A program made the translations under genes and the position numbers. The notes beneath the pieces are model-generated. The model was given only the letters and a program-made list of their open reading frames with translations, was not told where the DNA came from and did not search any database. Of a DNA stretch of 64,000 bases, positions 55,872-64,000 are shown in pieces (position 1 is the first letter of the stretch; every line of letters starts with the position of its first letter). Source of the stretch: the human T2T-CHM13v2.0 reference genome, Homo sapiens; NCBI RefSeq assembly GCF_009914755.1, contig NC_060926.1. One strand, 5' to 3'.

Positions 55872-57047
55872 GGTTTTATTTCAGTATTGATTTTTACAGA
55901 ATCCTGACTCCCAAATCAAACCAGTTTCCACACTCATCAGGCATTTTCAGAAACCTCTGACTTTCTTTTTGCTTGATTATAAAGCTCAATGTAAATTCTA
56001 CATCATTAAAAAAAATACCAAAACAACAAAATCTTGACAAATACCACTTGACAAGACTGACTTACAGACAACCAGTACTAAAAACCCAAACCACTGGAAA
56101 TGCATATGGCTTTTCCTGGTGGGACAGAAAATTCAGGTGCCCATTTAGTTAACTGAGCTCTGGGAAGGCCTGAATGAACACTGCTCCCTGGCTGCTTTCA
56201 GGGCTTTATTTGTCCTATTCCCCCCACTTCCCCTCACATAGGTTCTGCTTCTTGACCTGGAACGGAGAAACTCAAAATCTAACCCCGGCTATGTTGTTAA
56301 ATGGTGAACCTTTAAATTCACACAGGGTAGTTGATGGGAATTTCAAAACACGGGGTTAAATTCTGCTCCTACAAAGATGGAACAAAAGCTCTCTGTCTTT
56401 TGGAGGTCGCTAATCCGGTGTTTGCACCTTATTGTCACTACGTAATGTCTGAAAAACTTGGAATTATTTCCAATTAGTGGGTTTCAGTGGATCTTGCTCT
56501 CTGAGCTGTTGACCCCTTGTGTTTGTTTAGCAGGATTTTCTCACCGGGCTGCACCTTGCCCAGCATTGTTTTGCTGTCAAAGCCTCTGAACGGCTCCGGG
56601 TGACCCCCGCAGAATTGTCCATGTAGTGTCGTGAGACTGGGGGAGCTGTTGTGAATTTTGTGATGACAGATGGCGGAAGCATAAAAGGCACCTCCACGGG
56701 CTTTGTGAAAGGGGATTTGCTCTCTCAGAACCTTTTTTCCTCTCTCCGTTCTGGAGGCACTTCTGTGGTTGCTGACATAGCTGCAATGCTGCCCTTTTAG
56801 AATAGTGAGGCCTTCGAACCGAGAACCCTCACGCTTTGGCATACACCTGCTCACTGGGCCACTTCGTCCCTCCCAGTCCCCACAGCCAAGCCTCAGACAA
56901 CCTGAAGGTCTCAGCCACATGCGACATTGGGAAAGCTGGTGCTTCCCTGGAAGCTTGGCACCCTGGAACACTAGAGTTTAATTTGATTAGGATTTCACCT
57001 GATTTCTGGAGATTACAGGGCCAGAGTTATCAAGAGGGAGAGCACGG

Positions 57048-57206
57048 AGCTGAGTGCAGTGGTTCACACCTGTAATCCCAGCGACTCAAGGCAGAGGAGG
57101 GCTTGGAAGCTGAGGCAGGAGGATCGCTTAAAGACAGGAGTTCAAGACCAGCCTGGGCAACTTAGCAAGCTCTTGTCTCTAAAACAATAATAAAAAAATT
57201 AAAAAG
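57048..57206 (+). mobile_element. FLAM/Alu left monomer
   Basis: gctgagtgcagtggttcacacctgtaatccca...accagcctgggcaac...A-rich tail. Confidence 0.85.
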
Positions 57207-57739
57207 AAACAGAGAGAGAGAGCAAAAAGGGGGCCTCTTTGGTGCTGCTTGTGAAATGGGCATTTGTGATTAGCTGCCTTCTGGGCTCTAGCTGAGACGC
57301 AGAGGTTGGTAGAAGGTCATTTGCATGTGTTGGGCGGAAGCCCAGAGGGATACAAAAAGAAGGAAAAACGGAGTTTTAAATTTGGCGCAAATGGCTAAAT
57401 TCTGTGTGTGCCCCGGCGAATCACCCCCTGGACACTCATAGCCCCCTCAGCACCCCAGTGAGGACCCTCCTCCTGGCCGAGTGAAACCCCAAAGGCTCCC
57501 AGAAAAGAGTTGCCCTCTGTGAAGGGGCCGTGGCCAATATTAGAAATCCTGGATTTCCAGCTTGTTTGGAAAACTGGGCAGTCCAGCGGCACCCGGGGCC
57601 CTTATCCCACAGGCAACCACCACCTAGGGCCCCGCAGCAGCTACCACCTTCAATGCACCCACATTCACTAGGTTTTTTATTTTTCTTATACCTTGCCTGC
57701 CTACTCATTTCCCTGAGTAACCGAGTAGGTGTTTGAGTT

Positions 57740-58260
57740 TGCAAATTTCTGATTTGCTCTAATTCTCTCAGAGAAAATGAAATGTAAATACATAAAAAGG
57801 ACCTTTAGAATCCATTCCAATAAAATAACCCAAGATGCAGAAAACATTTCATGCAACAAAGATGTTCCTCTCCATTATTCATAATATACAAAATTGGAAA
57901 CAACACAAGAATGGGAGAGGCTTAGCTACATTATGATGTGTTCTTATGATGGAATATTATATAACCATGAAAGTATTGCTCATGTAGAGTTTTTAATAAC
58001 ATGGAGAGATGCTCATGATATAATGTTGAGTTAATTTTAAAAAGCTCCACATCAGGTTGCGTGTGCAATATGCTCTGTTTTCCAAAATATGAAGGCAATA
58101 TGCATAGAATAAGACTGGAACGAAATTTGCCAAAATATTAGCAGTGATTGTTTTTTGATGATGAAAATATCTATGATTATTTTCTTTATTTTACTCCAGG
58201 GTTTTCTCCTCTTCTACAATGAATGTGCATAGCTTCCATATTCAGGAAAAAAAATTAAAA
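57740..58260 (+). mobile_element. Ancient L1ME-like 3' fragment
   Basis: caaagatgttcctctccattattcataatatacaaaattggaaacaac...gatggaatattatataacca. Confidence 0.6.
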
Positions 58261-61200
58261 ATAAGGAAGAAACAGAAGCCCTGAAGGTTATGTGATTTCC
58301 CTGAGCACCCCCCCCAACTGGTTGGTAACAGGGCAGGACTAAAACCCAAGTTCCCTGATTCTGAGATGGGTGGGACACATTCCATTCCTTAGGGCCAGAC
58401 TGCCCTAAGGAGCACCTGGGGTTTATGGCCTCCAGAGTTCTCATTCACAGCCCATGTACTTTATGTGAGTGTGGTTTCTCTGTGGGGGGAGGGTGCATAT
58501 ATTATTTGGGTCCTTCGTTTTGCCTTTAATTTCACTGTCATGAGGAATCTTTAAGAACCAGACAGCTGAGCCTCTTGCATAGAAATCAAAGCAAATACAG
58601 GCATTACTGCTAGTTTCACAACTCATGTGACTTGTGGGTGTGTTTCCCTGGGGGTGCACCTAGGCTAGAGCTTCTCCAATTTCTGTTTTTCCTCCCTCTT
58701 CTGCTTCTTCTTCACTAGTGAGGACAAGCTAAAGCCACTCAGATCCCTTCACTCAGGCACAGAAGTGACACTATGCTTAGAAGAGCCCCTGAGTATATAT
58801 ACCCTGTTGACTCTGCACCAAAGATGATCAACGTTTCAGCAGGCGCCATGAGAGCCAAAGACCCAAGTGCCCTTTCTGACTCCTGTCACTCACTGTGTTG
58901 GTGACTTTGGTCAAATCTGTTCTTTCCCAGAGCATCTCCCATAGTGGGAGATGGGAAAGGGAACATTTTCTGCTGAATGACGTTCTGTAGAGCATGTGGA
59001 ACAGGGCTGATGGGAGACACTCAGTAAAGGTCCTCATGGTCCTTGAAGGGGAGGAGTTCTCAAAACTGAACACCAGGGGCTCTCCATCCACAAAGGGTAG
59101 ACTCAGGCTTCACCAAGCCCACAGAAACCCGAAGCCATTTGTTTCTCTACAACCAGAAACTCAACCATCCAGTGATCCACCCTGGGAGACATGTTCTTGG
59201 GAGGTCAAATGCTCTTTAAGACTTGCTGAGTTATGGGATATTCAGAAGTGCCTCTTGGCTAAGGGCGTATAAGCTTTCTTGTATGTTATATCTTACCTCT
59301 TATATTCTTGCATGGCGATAGCCTTTCCAAGGAGACCAAATGCTCCCTCATTTTAGCCATGACGGTCTCTCCCAAGAAGAGAGAGCATTGCTAACATATG
59401 CCTCCAAGATTCAGCCTTGCCTGTGTTTTTGGGGCTCTGTCGAATTAACCAGGCTTTCACTAACTGTAATACAGTCCACTTTTTGGCCCTGTGCCTTGTG
59501 AATAATCCAGCTCACCCCATTGGATCTCTGAGGTATATGGGCTGCTGGTTTCATCCTGAGCAGCCTCGTATCCAGGCTGTCAGGCTGTTGTCTCCCTGGA
59601 GCGTCCTGGCCAGCCAGCCTCACTGTGATCAGGCACCTGTTGGCCCAGGTTTTCTAGCAAGTGGGTTGATGTGCAGGTGGGGACCCGGGACAGTTGGGGC
59701 ATGGGAAGTGACAGGAAGGCCGTTGCCTTCCAACTCTGCTGAGTTTCTTATGTATTTCTGTGTGGTGGATGATTTCCGTTTTTCCATGCTTCTGAAAGGA
59801 CTTAAAAAATCAGGGCCTTCAGGAGAATTTCTAGTTGCTGTGAAAATGCATGCCAACTGGAAATGTAGGTATCAATATCGAAAAGCCTAAGTTTGCCTGT
59901 TACAAAAAGTGCAACTGCATGTTTTCACTTGCAAATGTTGAAGGAAGAGATGGACCCCTTTGCCTGGGGTCCCTGTCACCTGGCTGCCCTGGGTTGGAGT
60001 GGAGCACACGGCAGGTGCGTAGGGTGGGGTTGGGCTGGAGCCAGCCCTGAGAGCTGCCTCCTCAGATCTGCCTCTCAAACCCTTTCGTTTTTACTTTGCC
60101 TTAACTTTGCATTTCTCGATCTTTGAACTATGGCCTGATTTCACATTCTGAAACTATGCATGGGTCTCAATTCTGTGAAGAATAGGATGTTTCGAAGGAG
60201 TGATGAGTCACCTTTTATTTCAAGCCAATGAGAAGCAGCCAACCTAAGGGGTATTGAAGAAAGGAGCATTTGTGATATTTCAGGATAATTATATCTATTT
60301 TTAAATTTTGTTTTTAATTTTACAAGTGATAGATGGAGCACATTCTTATTATAAACCTCAGAGCCCACCTTGTCCCCTCCACTCTGCCCCTTGCAGAGGC
60401 CAGCACTGCCATGGATTTAATGTGTGTGTTTCCAGACGATTTACATGCATTTATGTGTGTGTTTGCAAGGAGAGAAATATGTAGTTTTATTTGCATTTTT
60501 ATTTTTGCATGTAAATGATAGCATAATCTATCCATTGTCCTACAACTTGTTTTTTTTTCCTACAAAACTAAAAGGATTTGCCTTATTTTTAACTGCTGAC
60601 ACCTACCATGGTAGGTTTATTTAGCTTTATTTACTCCTCTTGATAGACAGAAAATAGATTGCATTTCTCGGTGTATCTCAGTGAAGCTCTGTTTCAATGA
60701 CAAAATAAAATACACTTTTATTTCCTCCCCAGAGTGGTAAATACTATTTTAAGACAGAAGAAAACACAAAAGGAAGAATGATTCGGAAGGCGGGGAGGTC
60801 AGGCAGCTTGCCCACTGCTGGAGCGTCCAGGCCTGTGGCGTGCCGTGTGCCTCATTTGTGGCCAGCAGGATGTGGGGGCCTGGGGACAGCAGTGTCAGGA
60901 AGGGGCCATGGGGCAAGCCAGGCATGGGATGGGAGAAGCACTGCTGTGGGAAGTCCCATAGCTGGAGGCAGGAGAGGAGGGGCAGAGGGCGGGAGAAGAT
61001 CTGGGGCAGTGGTGTTGGAAGAGTGTGTGGACTGACACCTGCTCTCAAAGGCAGGGAGGGGAGCTCTAGGGAGAAGACGGGCTTTGGAAGGGCTTCTCAG
61101 GGTGATGAAGTAGGATTAGTTCAGACTCAGTTAAGTGAGTCATTTAGAATGAAGACATGAATAGCCAGAGCCGAATGCCCAGGGAGGAGGTGGGCCAAGC

Positions 61201-62458
61201 AAGGCAACGTGGAGCCAGGATCAATATTTGAATCAGGAAGATCAGAGAAGAGGAAGGATCCAGAGGTCTTGATGGAGACAAAAGAGCCGCTTTGGAAGAG
61301 GGGAAATACAGGGGAGGCGCCAGTGGAGGGAGCCAGGGGCAGAGTCGTGGCTTTGCTTTGGGTGACTCAAGCAGAGGTGAAAGTCTTTGAATGGAGGCAG
61401 AAGCTTGAGGCACCCCCAGGTCCCTTTGTCTGTCTCTGTATTCACTTGCTCACCCGTTCACGAAATCACTCACCAGCTCACCCACCGCCCCATCTCCCCA
61501 CTCACTCATCCACTGACTCACTGAGCATAAACGATGCCCCAAGCACAGCCTGGATGCTAGGGAACCCACTGTGCTAGAGACGAGGCTCCTATCCTTTGGA
61601 GCCTCCTGTCTGGTCTGGTCAGGGAGAAAGATGCACAAAGATGAGGTGCAGAAAGTGCTGCCCCAGAGGCTGGCCAGGGTGCAAGGGGCCACAGGGCTTC
61701 CCCCTTGGGCTGCCTGACGCATCAGGGTAGGAACGCCCTGCAGACCTTGGTCTGGCCTTGAAGGATAGACCGTGCTTTGCTGAATGGAGGAGGGAAGGGA
61801 CAGCATTCCTATAAGAGGGCCCAGCAGAGTGTCCTGGGTGCTGGGAAGTTAGGTGCGACTGGAGAATAAGGCCCTGTGGGGATCCGGGGGATGAGGGAGG
61901 CAAGGAAGGGAGTGGACAGGAGTGAAGCTTGGAAGGGCATGGAGCTGGGCTTCTGTCTCTAGCAGATGTCAGCAAGTTAGCAGGGGAGGACTAGTGCCTG
62001 ATTCATTTCTGGAGGAAGAGGCCTGGGGGTGTGGTAATGGGTGTGCTGGAGACAAGAGGTTGAGGCAGGCACTGACTAGGGGCATAGATCCTTCTGCATC
62101 TCTCTGTGTCCATCCATCATTCTGTGCACACTTTGGCACTTCTGGAGAACTTGTTCTCTTCCAGACTCTGAAAGTCAGTGACTAATAAGATGTGGCCCCC
62201 TGATCACTGGCATCTGTAGACTGCTGAATGGTGTCTTGGATAAAGTATGTGCCCATTTATTTTTCTTGCATGATGAATAATCGGTCTGAAAGGAAACAAA
62301 GTCCTGTTTGGACAGGGCTCAGGAAGGTGAGAAGGTCTGGGTGGGGACTGGAGGGCCAATAAGGACTTCTTTTGAATTCCAGGTGTCAAAGGAGTCTTTG
62401 CGTTTTAGAAATTAGGAGATCAATATTAAATACCTTTTGGTGTGTAGCAAAAAGTTGA

Positions 62459-62773
<315 letters not shown>

Positions 62774-63260
62774 AAAAATTGCTATTCTTGATAGAAATGC
62801 AGGGGAACTGATTTATTTACACTTGTATATTTTTTGCAGACTACATTTTTGTGTAACGAATTTCATGTAGTCAATGGAGAAAAGGTAGCTAAGCTTTGGA
62901 AACATCTCAAGTATAAATAAAGTGAGAACCACACTATGAAGCGAGTTTCTAAATGAAACTTACTTTACAAGTTTGATTTTTTGGGGCTGCTCTGTCTGGT
63001 GTTATCATTTTCCTTAATTCCTGCAGGGATTGTCATTTGTGGCACCAGAGTCTTTTCTCTGGATCTGGGTGCTCTGGTTTCTGGCTCAGGATTGGCTGAT
63101 GCACCTTTTCTTCTTGGGAAAAGGAGCCTGCCATCAACAGTGCATGTGAGCAATTGATTCCTTTGGCAGGAACGCTCTTCTCTATCGACCCACGTGAATC
63201 TATTGGTTTTCAGATCACAACCAGCTGGCCTGGTCTTTGTTTTCCATTCTCTTCTTCTAG

Positions 63261-63604
<344 letters not shown>

Positions 63605-63711
63605 GGAGTTTCTTATGTTGCTAATATATAGGCAAGGCTGATGTATTTTCCAAAATGCTCCCTCTGGAAAATGCACCCTCATGTTCATGGGGGTGACATT
63701 GTGACAGTGGC

Positions 63712-63890
63712 AGCTAACATTTCTTGGGTGGTTGCCATGGTCCAGATGCTACTCTGAGCACCTTAACTACATTACTTACTTTTATCGTCACAATTCTGGG
63801 AGTAGGTACTGTTTGCCCTCTTTGTAGCTGAAGTGTCTGAAGCACAGAGAGGGTAGGCCACATGGCCGACGTCACACAGCTAGGAGATGG
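63712..63890 (-). mobile_element. MIR SINE
   Basis: gctaacatttct...ctgaagcacagagagggtaggccacatggccgacgtcacacagctag. Confidence 0.65.
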
Positions 63891-64000
63891 TAAGCTTCTC
63901 CCCTATTTGTGCTCTCACTCTCAACCCTGGGGCCCACCGGCATTGTGAATACTCAGCATTTCAAGTCTCATCCCTGGGGAAGGCTGTGTGTATTGTAAAT

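Overview
Human genomic DNA lying entirely inside the + strand gene ACOXL (acyl-CoA oxidase-like, 2q13, upstream neighbour of BCL2L11). Only two coding exons are present: a 133-nt exon (168-300, [44 protein letters not shown]) and a 35-nt micro-exon (36061-36095, LGLMIAIRYSHS). They are separated by a 35.8-kb intron, and the next intron runs past the window end. The rest is intronic: about 15 Alus (including a human-specific AluYb8 with a perfect 16-bp TSD), old L1/L2/MIR fragments, solo LTRs (two THE1, an MST/MLT1A-type, a MER39/MER34-type, and an LTR12 nested inside a MER44/Tigger7 element), MER5/MER20 DNA transposons, microsatellites and a ~32-bp VNTR. Essentially all ORFs in the supplied track are spurious. 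I found no evidence for a new multi-gene system. The best leads are non-coding: a VNTR carrying tandem NKX2-type motifs, a perfect 18-bp hairpin, an 18-bp inverted repeat pair bracketing the VNTR, an antisense CCAAT-rich LTR12 promoter, a lymphoid-type motif cluster, a 38-bp tandem duplication near the micro-exon and a Met-allele codon in that exon. Repeat subfamily names and boundaries were assigned by eye from remembered consensus sequences and are approximate.
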